Position numbers and translations under genes: made by a program
Shown here: one piece after another, positions 12,371 to 27,138 of the stretch
Layout of the letters: each line of letters opens with the position of its first letter
Numbering within the stretch: position 1 is the first letter of the stretch
Notes under the pieces: model-generated
Told to the model about the DNA's origin: nothing
The model's input: only the letters and a program-made list of their open reading frames with translations
Databases searched by the model: none
Source: Octopus vulgaris
Taxonomy: Eukaryota
DNA length: 64,000 nt
Assembly (NCBI GenBank): GCA_951406725.2
Contig: OX597831.1
Coordinates: forward strand, 45,508,001-45,572,000
Reading direction: 5' to 3'

Positions 12371-13483
12371 TACTTCTGCCACAAAGCAGAAGAACCATGG
12401 TGTAACCCACTATGGTGTGGTAAACTTTCAGACCCTAGTCTAGATTGCGAATCCTCTGTACCCCAGGATGATTCAGCTCTCCACCCGTTAAAAGCCACCG
12501 TTTACGGAATGAGGATAACAACGTAGCTTTCGCGCCCATGCAGCCACCAGTCTATCGCGTGTGGTGGGTGGATCTTCAAGTTTCCACACGCATTCTTAAT
12601 AGCTTAGAGTAGGCTCGAATTAGAGATTATTCTTCGTGACTAATGGCATGAGTCCTGATTGGAAGAAGAAGAAGAAGAAGAAGAAGAAGAAGACAGCAAT
12701 AGTTACAATTTGTTTTGAGTGTCAATCCTTTAAATCAGTGTGGAATGTTCGAATCTGTAGAGTAATGGTTCACAACCGGGGTCCATATGATCTCGAGTAG
12801 GGTGGTCTATGTAGGACTTTGGGGGGTGGGGTTTCACACATGTAAAATAGTAAAGTGGGGATCCACAGCAGTATTTTAAGGGTCCATGAAAAGATGCTAC
12901 TTTGAATGTATTTATTACAAAAAAAAACATGTCGGTTTCTTTCTATAGAGAGAGGGGGAGGAGAGTGGAGAGAGGGGGAGAAGAGTGGAGAGAAGGGGGA
13001 GAGAGAGGGGAGGAGAGGGATGAGAGGGGGTAGAGAGAGGCGGTAAAGTCTTTTTTTGCCACTATAACATGGCTGTTCTATAAAAAACTATGTTACTATA
13101 CTTTAAGCCCAGAAAAACATTTTTTCCGGCTGGTTAACAACACACAACATGTGTCCGATATATTGTGAGTAAGGGGGCAAATCATTCCCCCTCCAGCTTG
13201 GCAAGACCAGTAGACCATGGTTTCTGAGTCTTTACTAGAGATGGCAGTCAATCGCCCCCTACTCACAGTATATAAACAGAGATGCGCCAGACAGAGAAGC
13301 GGTCGTCGGCACAGGGGTCGTCATTCCGTAAACGGTGGCTTTTAACGGGTGGAGAGCTGAACCATCCTGGGGTACAGAGGATTCGCAAACTAGACTAGGG
13401 TCTGAAAGTTTACCACACCATAGTGGGTTACACAATGTTTCCTCTGCTTTGTGGCAGAAGTAGGAAGAAAGAGTAAGAGAAAG
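12350..13483. repeat. 163-bp inverted repeat pair with ~810-bp spacer
   Basis: 12350-12512 is the near-identical reverse complement of 13321-13483. The ORF track shows the same peptide on both strands. Confidence 0.85.
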
Positions 13484-13703
13484 GCGGCGAGCTGGCAGAA
13501 TCGTTAGCACGCCGGGCGAAATGCTTTGCGGTATTTCGTCTGTCTTTACGTTCTGAGTTCAAATTCCGCCGAGGTCGACTTTGCCTTTCATCCTTTCGAG
13601 GTCGATAAATTAAGTACCAGTTACGCACTGGGGTCGATATAATCGACTTAATCCCCTTGTTTGTCCCCTCTGTCTTTAGCCCCTTGTGGGTAGTAAAGAA
13701 ATA
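13481..13703 (+). mobile_element. SINE family B (MetaSINE-like)
   Basis: GGCGGCGAGCTGGCAG head, GAGTTCAAATTCC B box, Meta-like core and AAAGAAATA tail. Confidence 0.85.
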
Positions 13704-13877
13704 GGTATTTGATCATAAGTCTTCTCTATTAGGATTGACCAAGGTTTAAACAGCAACAACAACAACAACGTCACTAACCGTTATCAACATCATCGCATTG
13801 ATATCAACAACTGTCACGAAAACAATGTCGACGGCATCAACAGCAGCAGCAGCAGCAAGAAGAAGAAGAAGAAGAAG

Positions 13878-13914
<37 letters not shown>

Positions 13915-14071
13915 GCAGCAGCAGCAACAAAATAGAGAGGAGGAGGAGGAGGAGGAGGAGGAAAAAGAAGAAAAGGAAAACATCAACAGCAGTAGCATCA
14001 GCAAGAAGAAGAAGAAGAAGAAGAAGAAGAAGAAGAAGAAGAAGAAGAAGAAGAAGAAGAAGAAGAAGAAG

Positions 14072-14118
<47 letters not shown>

Positions 14119-14778
14119 GGGAAGCGGCTGGGCACACATGTTTAGGGTCCAAAGCGACAGTAGCAGAGAAAATCGATGATCTTAGAATCCTTCCGTGAAT
14201 TTCAAACGATCATAAAAATAAAAGTGATAACTTGGGTGGGAAGTTTTGGTCGGCATGACAACCACATCCTTGTTCGGTGAGATCAAAAGAGTTTTAATGT
14301 TTCGATTAGGGGATCAAAAACAAACATCTTCGGCCCCAGATGTTCGTAAAACTTGTGTTCCCGCTGTTGATTAAGGCTTTCTAGTATTTATGATGGTAGC
14401 TCAACACAGTAGTACTGTAACCACATTCTGGAATGCGGGGTATTTAAAGAAGTTATAATACAATACGGGTATATGCCGTGTATAGATACTCAGGGTAAGC
14501 AGTAGGTGTTGATAAAGCAAATTTCTCATAAAGAAGTTTTATCACTTACCAGTATGAGAAAATATGTAAAAATATATTATTTTCAAATTTTGGCAAAAGG
14601 CCAGCGATTACGGGTGGCGGGAGTCGATAGCATCGACCCTAGAACCCATCTGGTACTTATTTTATCGACTCCGAAAGAATGAAGAGTGAAGTCGACTTCG
14701 GGGGAATTTGAACTCAGAATGTAAAGACGAACGAATTACCATAAAGCATGTATTTGTATATATGTATATAGTCTATAT

Positions 14779-14826
<48 letters not shown>

Positions 14827-16637
14827 TGTCTGTCTGTCTGTCTGTCTGTCTAACTGTCTGTCTGTCTATCTGTCTGTCTGTCTATCTGTCTGTCTGTCTG
14901 TCTATCTGTCTGTCTGTCTATCTGTCTGTCTGTCTTTGTGCCTGTGTGTCTTTGTGTCTGTCTCCTACCACCGCTTGACAACCGGTGCTGATGTGTTTAC
15001 GTCCCCATATCCTAACACTTCGGCAAAAGAGAACGATTGACAAGGTATCAGGCTTGAAAAGAAAAAAAAATCACAAAAAAAAAAACAGAAAAAAGGAAAA
15101 GCACTGGGGTCAATTAGTTCAATCAAAATTCTTCAAGGAGGTGCCCCAGTATGGCCGCAGTCTAATGATAAAAGATATACGTCAGAAGGATCTCCTGATC
15201 TGTAGCATCATAAGGTCGGTCCCACGGTTCTGTGGAGTATGGCACCTTCTGAACGGGTATATATATAGTTATATCTTTCATAGGAAAAATACTGATCGCA
15301 TAGAAGTGCTCAAGTCGAGCTCAAGTTTGTCGCAAGATAACTCACTTTACATTTTGCTAACTGAACATTGTAAAATTAAGCTTCTTTGCTCAAAAACGAC
15401 CCATCGCTCGGTGCAGGAATCGAAACCACAATATTACGATCATGCGTGCAACACCCAAACCACTAAACCACGCGCCTCTGCTATATGATTGTATGCAAAT
15501 GTGTGTGTGACAGCGTGCGTGCGCACGCGTGCATGTGTGTATCTATGTATACATACTTATGTATATACATACTTATGTATACATGAGTCCAACAAGGGAG
15601 ACTCTACTAGGAAGTTATGCACCGCTGGCATAGTTCTCAGGAAGGGTTAGTGAAGCACCCAAGCCGCCGCACCACAACAAAGATTGAACTTTGTGGTGGA
15701 TTAACTCCATATATCTGTTGATAAATATTTATAGTTTTAGTTAGGGTAAACCGCGCCTGGCAGATGCCGATACAATGGTATAGCACTAGTGACGTAACAT
15801 ACCATTTTAAAAGTAACTCAACATAAATTTTTTGGACATTCAGCATACAAATGTATGATTAACAAAACATCTCCATAGCTTTCTGACATATTTTATCAAT
15901 GTCACATTTTTAACGGGCAGCAATATATTAATAATAATAATAATCAAACATAAAATAGTGTGAAAGCCCAATACGGTTACAATTTCTCTACGGACTCCAT
16001 AACGTCACATCCATTTCGAACAGTGAGGTTATCCGGTTAGTAACTTAATAAGTCCGGAAAGTCGCTTCTGCATTCAACGATATCGTATGATTCAGGATCT
16101 GTTCTAGAATCCGTTTGGTAATCAGATATGTTCATATTTGCTAACGCAATAAAGCTTTTGTTGTTTTTTCCAGACCTACGGTAACAGTAATATGACAACA
16201 CATGTTAGTCATTGGGGATACATCCGGAAAATAAACAGTTTGTGTGAGAACAATTAGATCCGCAAATAAAACTTAAGGTAAAAATAACGTGAGTGACGTG
16301 GCGTATGAAGTCGTTGTGATTAAGTCTCTAAATCAACCGCGATATGACCAAAATATATTTTTCTAACGGAACAATATATGTTGAACAATATTATCCAATA
16401 TGATATATGGGGTGGCCGTTGTGGAAGATTTTGCTACTATTTCTACGTGACCTTAGCGATTACTTAGAGACTCTTCATTGACTCGTCGAGTAAGACATAG
16501 TTTCTGGAGAAGTCGAAACTTCGACCACGTTTTCATTCCCGTTTACAACCATTTTTTACAAACTCTAATAGATAAGGTATAAATACCACAATTTTCATCA
16601 TCCTCTCTTCGTTGGAGTTATTTCTTCTCAATATATG

Positions 16638-16696
<59 letters not shown>

Positions 16697-17537
16697 GCAG
16701 AATCAGTTGAGCGTCGAAGATGATGATTTGTAATATTTCGTTACGTCTCTGTATTCTGAGCTCAAATCCAAAGCCGAATTTGTCGTCATCTTTCCAAGGT
16801 AAAAGTGGTAAAATAAGTATCAGTAAGATACTGGAGCTGATATAACAAAATACGGTCTTGAAAACGGTGCCCCAGCTTGGCCACAGTCTAATAATTTATT
16901 TGCTTGGGGTTATACTATGCTGACAATTTCAAATAAGGATGGATTGGCGCTAAACATGGCTACTAACAATTGAACACTTTAATATCTTTATAATATGTTA
17001 GAAAAAAAAAGGAATATGAAATGTGTATCTTTTATGCATTATCTTCTTTACTCTTTGTTTTAAAATTCAAACTTGCAAGTCCACCTTAACTTAATTTAGA
17101 AGGGGTCGTCTCCCTTACGATTGCTGACCACCACAGAACACTACGTGTCCCAATAAAAAGAGTAAAAAAAAATAACAGCTGTTGCATTATTTCTAGTGTA
17201 TCCAAGGTTCCGGTTAGATTGTATCACGCCATACAGCATAGCAATAATTATGTGAACTGCACAACTCATGAGTTAGTTTAACCAACTGGTAGAGATGTCA
17301 AAACATATGCCGTTTCTGGACAGATTACTCCGTCCTATCTCTCCAAGTCAAATTTCTAACCAAAATTGTAAATGCCTTTGATCACAGAAGCCTTTATTCT
17401 CCAAAACTCGACCAATTTCAGCGAAAGTCGGGCTGTTATTCCTGACATTATTAAAGCTTTTGATAACGTTTAGTCTGCAAATTTACAGAAAGAGCAGCCT
17501 ACTGAAAAGACTTCATCTATTATTTTATTAACAGGCT

Positions 17538-17980
17538 AAGGCAGCAAGCTGGCAGAATCGTTCGAGCGTCGGACAAAATGATTAGCGGCACTTCTTTCGG
17601 CTCTTTACGCTTTGAGTTCAAATTCCGCTGAGGCCAACTTTGCTTTTCATCCTTTCGAGGTCGATAAAATAAATATTAGCTGATCACTGGGGTCGATGTA
17701 ATCTACAAGTCCCCTCCCTTAAAATTTCAGGCCTTGTGCCTATGGTAGGAAAAATTATTAATTTACTGACTTAGGTGGTGAGCTGACAGAATTGTTCGTG
17801 CGTCGTACAAAATGGTTAGCAAATACTTTTTCTATTTCTTTACGTTCTGAATTCAAATACCACCGACACCAACTTTGCATTTTTATCTTTTCGGGGTCAA
17901 TCAAACAAAAACCAGTTGAGCAGTAGGGTCGGTGTAACCGACTTAATCCCAAATTGCTGGCTTGTGCCAAAATTTGAAAT
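17538..17980 (+). mobile_element. Two older family B-related SINE copies in tandem
   Basis: Two successive degenerate heads (about 17540 and 17773), each followed by a TTTCATCCTTTCGRGGTC-like core. Confidence 0.65.
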
Positions 17981-18081
17981 TATAATTAATTTACTGGTTC
18001 GAGAGATTTTTGATACGAAGCATCATTCACACCTTAAAGAAATTTTCTCAATTATTTCAGGTCAAATAATTTGAGTATTGT

Positions 18082-18335
18082 GGAGGCGCATAGCTTAGTG
18101 GTTAGGGTGTCAGCATCATGATCGTAAGATTGTGGTGTCGATTCCTGGACCGGGTGACGCCTTGTGTTCTTGATCAAAACACTTCATTTCACGTTGCTCC
18201 AGTCCACTCAACTGGCAAAAATGAGTAACGCTGCGATGGACTGGCATCCTGTCCATCTGAGGAACACATGCGCCATAGAAACCGGGAAACCGGGCCCATG
18301 AGCCTGGCTAGGCTTTAAAAGGGCGTATTTATTAT
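18082..18335 (+). mobile_element. tRNA-derived SINE family C with a V-domain-like segment
   Basis: tRNA-like head, then CTGCGATGGACTGGCATCCTGTCCA (V-SINE-like) and a (TATT)n tail. A related head lies on the minus strand at about 15355-15477. Confidence 0.65.
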
Positions 18336-18571
18336 TTATTTTAATTTGAGTATTATTCAGTATTCAGTTTAATCACATTCATGTTTTTTTCTTACTCAGT
18401 GACAACAACCAATCAAATTTACCTTTAAGACAATGGCAATCATTCTATTATTTTCTCGCACCTTCTGCAAACCTTATCGATTTTCACAAACTTTATAACT
18501 CGAACACTTACGCAAACATTATTCAACTCGAGCTAAATCTCATTCAGACCATGCTCTATCGTCTTAAATAA

Positions 18572-18602
<31 letters not shown>

Positions 18603-18624
18603 GAGACAGTGCGGGGGTGGCTGA

Positions 18625-19035
18625 TAGGCGCGGGAGTGGCTGTGTGGTAAGTAGCTTGTTTACCAACCACATGGTTCCGGGTTCAGTCCCACTGCGTGGC
18701 ATCTTGGGCAAGTGTCTTCTGCTATAGCCCTGGGCCGACCAATGCCTTGTGAGTGGATTTGGTAGACGGAAACTGAAAGAAGCCTGTCGTATATATGTAT
18801 ATATATGTATGTGTGTGTTTGTGTGTCTGTGTTTGTCCCCCTAGCATTGCTTGACAACCGATGCTGGTGTATTTACGTCCCCGTCATCTAGCGGTTCGGC
18901 AAAAGAGACCGATAGAATAAGTACTGGGCTTACAAAGAATAAGTCCCGGGGTCGATTTGCTCGACTAAAAGGCGGTGCTCCAGCATGGCCGCACTCAAAT
19001 GACTGAAACAAGTAAAAGAGTAAAAGAGTAAAGAG
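18625..19035 (+). mobile_element. SINE family A, full length
   Basis: Complete head, core, microsatellite and tail. Further partial copies at about 19965, 24830, 27870, 30360, 33410/34390, 42365, 44459, 45390, 48645, 49910 and 55612. Confidence 0.85.
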
Positions 19036-19525
19036 AGTCTGGAAAATACGAGTCAGCAAAATTGTGCCTGAAACAAAAAGTGGGAAAGTTATTGGTTGGA
19101 ACAGCTTTTGTCGTAGGTCTGCTCGATAGGGGCTGAGCTATTGCTGAAAATTAAATATATGTATAGACAAGATCTACTCTATATTATACACTAGATATTG
19201 TATTTATAGGTAATGTTATATATGAATGCATGCATGCATGCATGCATTTATGTATGTATGTATGTATGTATGTATGTATGTATGTATGTATGTATGTATG
19301 TATGTATGTATGTATGTATGTATGTATGTATGTATGTATGTATGTATGTATGCATGCATGTATGTATGTATGTATGTATGTATACATACATACATACATA
19401 CATATACACACCAACACGCGCAACATGTAAGTTGTAATGTAATATATATTATATCCTAGGTAAACGAGTCAGCTTGCATGGTCGCTCGGCTTACTGCAAA
19501 TGGCGACCATCTCTCTCTCTCTCTA

Positions 19526-19561
<36 letters not shown>

Positions 19562-19623
19562 CCTTTTTTTCTTTCACTCTCTCTCTGTTCCTTTCTTTCT
19601 TTCACTCACTCTCTCTCTATCTT

Positions 19624-19697
<74 letters not shown>

Positions 19698-20139
19698 GTC
19701 ACGCCGTACTGCCCCGACGAAAGTACCCATTAGGTCATGTGATCTTAGATATACTTTCTAGCAGAAAGAGAAAGGTTAGGGTGATAAATGAAGCGGAGTA
19801 CGTTTTGATCATGGATTTGCTCGATCGAAGCTAAACAATAGCAGCCAATTCATGCCGCCGCCTTCTTTTCGCACACAATTAAACCAACAGGAGTCTCTCA
19901 CAAGTCATTTCGCAGAGGCTACGCCTATCATGAATGCAGTCAAGCCTTTTTATCTCTAATTCTTTCTTTTACTTGATTCATTCATGTGACAGCGGCCACG
20001 CTGGAGCACCGCCTTGAAGTGTTTTAGTCGAACAAATCAACCCCGGGATTTATTTTTTGAGCCTATTACTTATTCTATAGGTCTCTTTTGCCGAACTGCT
20101 AAGTCACGAACTACAAAGACACACACACAAACACACGTG

Positions 20140-20178
<39 letters not shown>

Positions 20179-20231
20179 CTCTCTGTGTGTGTGTGTGTAC
20201 GTATATACATAGATATGTATGTATGTATGTG

Positions 20232-20290
<59 letters not shown>

Positions 20291-20419
20291 TATGCGTCCG
20301 TTTGAAGTATTTCAGTCCCTAACCTGTGGGGGTTATGTGATTTTTGAACGCACCGAGGAGCTGTCAGTGGATATACTCTCTTTTGCAGCAGTCAGCGCTG
20401 TGTCTAACACGACCCATCA

Positions 20420-21090
20420 TCTGAAATGTTGACACCTCCTTCGGGTTCGTTGTCCTACATCACTCATAAAGTAAATTTGGAGGAACCGTGGTTGTTCATT
20501 TGTGGGTACCTGGGAACCAATGAGATGATAGACTTGCCCTTGAACTTTGACGTCGTCGTAAATTAATCTTTATCTATCTTCTTAGAAGCACCAAACGATG
20601 TCATTTGAAATGCAGAGTTGTATTGTCTGATATTGTTCAGAAAATCCTTTGACTGGATGGACATGCCTTCTAGAAGATCCATAAGAAGTTGAGAAGGAGC
20701 GAGTAGTGCTGGTTATGTTACCTGACCGTCTGAGCTGACATACTATTTGTTTCATTTGAAAATTTTAAAGCTCTACAGAAGCTACAATTTGTGTTTAGCA
20801 CACTAATTTGGACAGAGTTATTATTTTTATATGAGTGGGATGGATCGTATCTGAAAACAGCTTCAGGAGTTGTGAAGAACGTAGTCTGTTTCTGAGAGCT
20901 ATTCTATTGGACCTCTAATCACTAAAACATTGATTAAATGATCCAGCATTAAGTGCTGCAACATGCATTTGCTGATCTTGAGAAATCTCATCTCGCTTCT
21001 CTTTTCAGACCCTCGCCTTCGGTTTTCTACAATCCTCTTTACTTTATACTTATTTCTGGAGAGATTACGTCTTTTCTTTGGTGACATATT
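20420..21090 (-). pseudogene. Helitron RepHel N-terminal region, decayed
   Basis: Manual minus-strand translation gives FRYDPSHSY...CSFCRALKFSNE...SKDFLNNIRQYNSAFQMTSFGA...KVQGQVYHLIGS...PRFLQIYF. This is characteristic of the region upstream of the Helitron Rep domain. Stops and frameshifts are present. Confidence 0.8.
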
Positions 21091-21784
21091 TTCCCCAATA
21101 TTGTAAACAAAAATTATGAACATAGAAAGAAATTATACATTAATCCCTATTTTTGTAAGCAGTTGTATCCGTAAAAATTTTATTTGAAGAGAGCAGAAAT
21201 TGAAAGAAGAGAAAGCGAAAGGAACAGAGAAAGAAAGTGAAAGATGTACGTACGTCTTTATGAAATGGACGTGTGTGTGTGTGCATGTGTGTGTGTGTGT
21301 GTGTGCATACGTGCTTGCGTGTGTGTATGTGAGAGAGAAAGAGGGTGATAAAGAAATATAGAGTGAGTGAGTGAAGGTGTGTGCCGTGATGATTGATACA
21401 CGCACATACAGAAAATGTGACGACATCGTATAAAATTTTTACGATAGTTGATTTATAGAAAAGATTATAATGTTAAATTCTTGAAATGCAAATAGGTAAA
21501 TGGAAATTAAGTTTAATTTGTAGCCGAAATAGTACTGAATCTTTTGACACCCCATACGGCAAAATCTGTAACTTGGTTTTGGAACGCATAAGGAATATAT
21601 GGGACAGACGTCTTTCAAATTGAAAGTATTATCTCATATTACAATAGAGATATAATACGGAAATGGTGTAAGAGATAAGAGATTGCTCTGGGCTCGCATT
21701 AGGCAAGAAGTTGGTAATTTTTTTGGCCCATGACACTGCATGGACCTTGGCTTTTGTATTTGACGCCTGTTGCTTTACGCATTT

Positions 21785-21885
<101 letters not shown>

Positions 21886-22628
21886 TGTATGTATGTATGT
21901 ATGTATGTATAAGCCAATGAGGTAGACTTCTACATGGTAGCTAGACCTGGTAGTAATAGCAGCCAAATCTCCCTCAAAACACCCTACTGTCTTAATCCGA
22001 CAATTCTGCCTATTATGTAGTTTGAATGATAAACTGTAACTAAAGATTAAGATTATAAACTCCACAGGGAGAGGAAAGAAGAGAGACAGCATAGCGATGG
22101 GTTTGGCTGACTGTCATCCTGTACTCCCCCTGTTGCTAGCGAAATGGTATGTGCCGACTGTCTGAGTAACTGGTTGTTTTAATGGCGGAACAAACAGGAC
22201 ATAAAAATTACAAAAATAGCGATTCTCACTTTGAAACTAACAATTTTGAAAATGTTTTAGATTACGGAACGCCCCGCTCTCTCATGTATCCATGTTTAAA
22301 ATTTCAGCGCGATAGGATGAACAATACTCGAGTTATAAGTGCACAAACAGACAGACAGACAGAACGGATTTTATAAATTGATATGCACCTAATTCAATAA
22401 ATTTATGAAGGTTACTCTGATTACTATGTATAAAATACAAAATATATTATTGTTTTGTAGATTAGGTGGGCATAATTCACCCCTGCCTTTCAATCTCAGT
22501 ATTAAAGCTACGCATAATACTACTGTAGTGCACTTCTGTATACATTCCTACAGCAACGTTTTCTTTATGCGCTATAAAGGCCTCCTGTAAATCTGCCTCC
22601 AACTCAGTCAGGCGCCTTTGTTTCGCCG

Positions 22629-22699
<71 letters not shown>

Positions 22700-22780
22700 T
22701 GTGTGTGCGTGCACCCGTGTGTGTATAACTACATAAACGTCACCAATTGCCTACCCTAAGTAATTACTGACGGCACGTGC

Positions 22781-22864
<84 letters not shown>

Positions 22865-23049
22865 TACAAAATTAGAAAATGGAGAAACATACTTAAATCA
22901 ATCAAATATCAACCATCAGATGATACCCAATCAATACTTTATTACACCATTACATAACAGTAAAGGCATTATACAAAATATATTGTAAATATAATTAGAC
23001 AAGGAAATAGAAATATAAAATATAAAATATAATATATAATTATATCATA

Positions 23050-23160
23050 TCTGACAGCTGTTTCGGCCGTAAGGGCAAGCATGCCTCATTTAACCTATAA
23101 GCCATATAAGGCAGGTATAAATGAGACATTAACAAGGATGCCCCACGGCCTCTTCAGAGA
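23050..23160 (-). ncRNA. Type I hammerhead ribozyme with canonical core and long stem II
   Basis: Minus strand reads tct-CTGAAGA-GGCCGT...(long insert)...ACGGCC-GAAA-CAGCTG-TC-aga. Stem III is palindromic and the cleavage triplet is GUC. Confidence 0.75.
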
Positions 23161-23492
23161 ATTTAATTTATTATAAGTGTGAAAACATTTTTTTATACAT
23201 ATAAATATAAAAATATAAAATATAAAAACGTGTGCATAGACACTCATAATACTACACATATATATACTCATTAATACAATAATACAAAATAAACAAAACA
23301 AAATATATCAATATATATTAACAAACACAGTTATTCTACATATTGGGCTACTAGTTCCAAAAACTAACCTACAGGAAAATATATGCACACTCACATTTAA
23401 ATTTAAATCAGACCTATACATAAAAAATAATTAAAAAAACACACAGTTCAGTTCATAAAATTATAAACCTATAAAAGTCAATAAAAATTACT

Positions 23493-23575
<83 letters not shown>

Positions 23576-24533
23576 CAATTATGTCTGTACCAAGTACATC
23601 AATCGCACATCTACATATCTATGAGTCTGATTATTCTGTCCACTTGATATTGATTATTCTAGATTAATTCGATTGGCTTATAGTTTTAAATTTGAATCAC
23701 AAAAGAAATTTTACGGTTAGTTAGTCAAGAAACGCACATACGCACATCCACAGATCAATCGCACATACATACATAATTATATGTATACATACACACATAC
23801 ACTCATATACATACATATCCACAAACACCGTCAAACACATAAATAAATAAATAATAAAAGAGGTATAATCGTAGCTATGCAGCCATCCAGCCTCTCAAAA
23901 CGACAACAATGCCACTAAATTAACTAAGAAGGTCCACTCACATATTTCCATAAAATATTTGTTATAAAGATACATATATTCATATATCAAGACATAGAAT
24001 GTAATTTTTTCGTAGGGTACACACAGCATGTGCCACCGTTTTTTCTGTAGTCATAGTATTATATAACATAACGTTTACTGATTTCACCGTAATTTGCTAT
24101 AATCACATGTACGCTAAGTTATAAAGTATAGATTAATTCTTTATAGTATAAATATATATCTTTTCTACGTAATAAATCCAATGCCATTATAATATTAATA
24201 TTTATCCATCAAAGAACCTAACCTACGAACTAATAGAATTACACTAAAATATACATGCCCATAATAATACTCATGTATAGCAGCAGATATACACAAACGC
24301 ACCGTCTATTTTCATATGTGACTCGCGAAAAAACATTCATAGTACTTATATATAAATATACTTTTAAGCAACCGTGGACACATAGATATAAATGTAATAA
24401 TTAACAATATTTGGCATTAAATAATATCAGTGGGGGACTTACCAATACAATGGTATATAAGTAAATAACAGAAATTAAATTAATTATAAGTTAATAAATT
24501 GTCATTACTTAAGATTAAAATGTGATAAAATAA

Positions 24534-24601
<68 letters not shown>

Positions 24602-24602
<1 letters not shown>

Positions 24603-24800
24603 TTTATTTAAAAGCAGCAGAAAATTCAACAAAACCTGTTACTCTGAGTTTCACGTTCCCGTTCGTCGGACAGTTTTTGAAACTCAGAGTAAGAGGTTTT
24701 GTTGAATGTTCTGCTGCTTTTAAATAAAGCATATTACTCTACCCCTGGTATTTGAGTAATCTTTTTTCCATCTTGTTTCACATTTATGTGTTTACTCCGG
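24602..24800. mobile_element. Short fold-back PLE-type terminus in (TA)n with a hammerhead motif
   Basis: Arms 24602-24652 and 24678-24729, with a ~70-bp tail on one side only. Minus strand 24631-24677 reads aaaactgt-CCGACGA-acg ggaa cgt-GAAA-ctc a gag-TA-acaggtttt. Confidence 0.7.
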
Positions 24801-24832
<32 letters not shown>

Positions 24833-25188
24833 CGACGATCTTTCAGTTTCTGTCTACGAAATCCACTCACAAGGCATTGGTCAGCCTGAGGCTATAGTAG
24901 AAGATACTTGCACTAGGTGCCACGCTGTGGGACTGAACCCGGAACCATGTGGCTGGGAAGCAAACTCCTTACATCACGTACTGGTTTATATTTTTCAGGA
25001 GTAAAATGACTTTAGTTGCTAACGTTTTACATTGTGCAAATGCTAGAGTACTGCACGTATCTGATATGGGGCATCCACTACAAGCACACACTGACTGACT
25101 CCGTCGCGAACATATAACCACTGGCACTTACGAACCCATACAAATACTTAGGCACACATTCACGTACGCTTGCACACGTACAAGCACA

Positions 25189-25259
<71 letters not shown>

Positions 25260-26438
25260 ACAACTCTATTTCTGCTGCGTCAGAAAAAAAAAATCAGTTC
25301 AATAAAGTCCCCTGAAGAAGACGAACGCAGCCAAATAGCTAGAAGTTTGTCTCCACATTGAACACTAAACAATGCCCGTTTTCCAAAATGTTGATTGAAG
25401 AGTTTAACTTGTGACAAACTGCTGTTTTATTCAAAAGTAAATTTGTTATCTCATGCGTTTAACACAATTAGATTTTCTCGCTGGTTAGCTTGACTTTCAC
25501 TAAGTATTGATTCCAATCTGAGGTCAGCACACATAACAAATGAATACAATATAGAATGCTGGCTGCTGAGTCATTTTAAAAACCAAACGACCTCAATATA
25601 CAACAAACTGCTCAAATAACGACAGCCTCGTGGATCTGAGATGCTATTGTGAATTTTGTGCTTGTTTGGGAAGCTTTGTTACAATAAATAAAGGAGCCGC
25701 AGTAAATAAGGGATACACAATGTAATGAATACCACTTTATTAGCTGTTAAATGCACAGTAAGCAGTTTAGTAATTTGGACAAGAAACAAAGAGAAAAAGA
25801 AATACTTTGATTATTTAAAAGAAATAAAATCAAAATGGTGGAAAATATAAACTAACACGCTGCTAGCAGTTTTCTTTATTGTAGGACAATTATGAAAAGT
25901 GCCGTTAACTTGGGTTTTCCGTTATTTTGGGAGTTTACAGGAGTGTGACTTAACAAATAATTTTCGTCGGTAATCTCCCTTTGAATAACTTGACTCTTCA
26001 GTAAACCAGACAGTACGTGCGCAGCTGTTTTGTATTCGTTCAAACAGTTATTAATAAAAGGAAGAGTGAAAATAAAACAAGAAAAATTTTCCACCTCGTA
26101 CGATGTTCACGCTTATGTCTTCATTCACAATTACTGTAACAAAAATATAATCAACATCAAAAGTGAGTTTACAAAGATACAATAATCGGACGCAAAACAA
26201 AAAGAGATTATTTTATGAGCTTTATTTTGTTTTATCTATTTTTCTTTTCTTTTACTGATGTGTAGTGTACCGCAGTCACATTCTTTGGTTGACAAACCTC
26301 ACATACAGAAGCATACACACGCAAGCGCGCACGCATACACACACACACACACACACATACGCGCACACACACTCTCTCTCTCTCTCTCTATCTATGTCTC
26401 TTGCCTTTCAGTATCTTTCACACGCTCACTCCTTTTCC

Positions 26439-26511
<73 letters not shown>

Positions 26512-27138
26512 TACAAGTAATTATTGCACCACATTAAAAGAAAATTAATTGTACCAACGACGCTTGCGAGCAATCAGCTCTTTAGTTTGGGGCGGGAGCC
26601 ATTTAAGAAACAATTAAAACTAAAGTCCTAAATACAAAAACGACGCTTTTGTTATGCGCTTTTGATATAATATTTCATGACGAAATACGAGCTGTTTAGA
26701 CACAAGTCAAAACCACAGCGACAATAACGTGGATGGTAACAACAGAAGCAGCAGTAACGAGAATGATAACAATTTCAACAACGACAATGAATATAAGATT
26801 AACCGTTTCTTTATTTGCCGCAAGGGCGATGAATAAAAGTATATTACAAAACCAAATTACTGAAGAAGAAAAAAAAACGGTGGCGGGTGGGGGGGGGGGC
26901 TTTCATAAAATCGTGTATCAGAAAATAGGAAAAATACAAGATTTTATTCTTAGAGATACGAAATTAAATGACCCCAAACTGGGTCCAGTTAGGGAACACC
27001 ATAAAGTGCTGGATTGTTACGGTTACTAAGAGTAATTAATTTCTACCTTGTGCGTTCTCTGACCTGCTGAGTGGAGCAAGACCATTCACTCGAACCCTTC
27101 TTGCCGTTCTCTCCCACATTTCACTAGTTTACTGGAGA

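Noticed and set aside
17400-17475. DIIKAFDNV-like RT motif
   Set aside because: Too short and decayed to assign.
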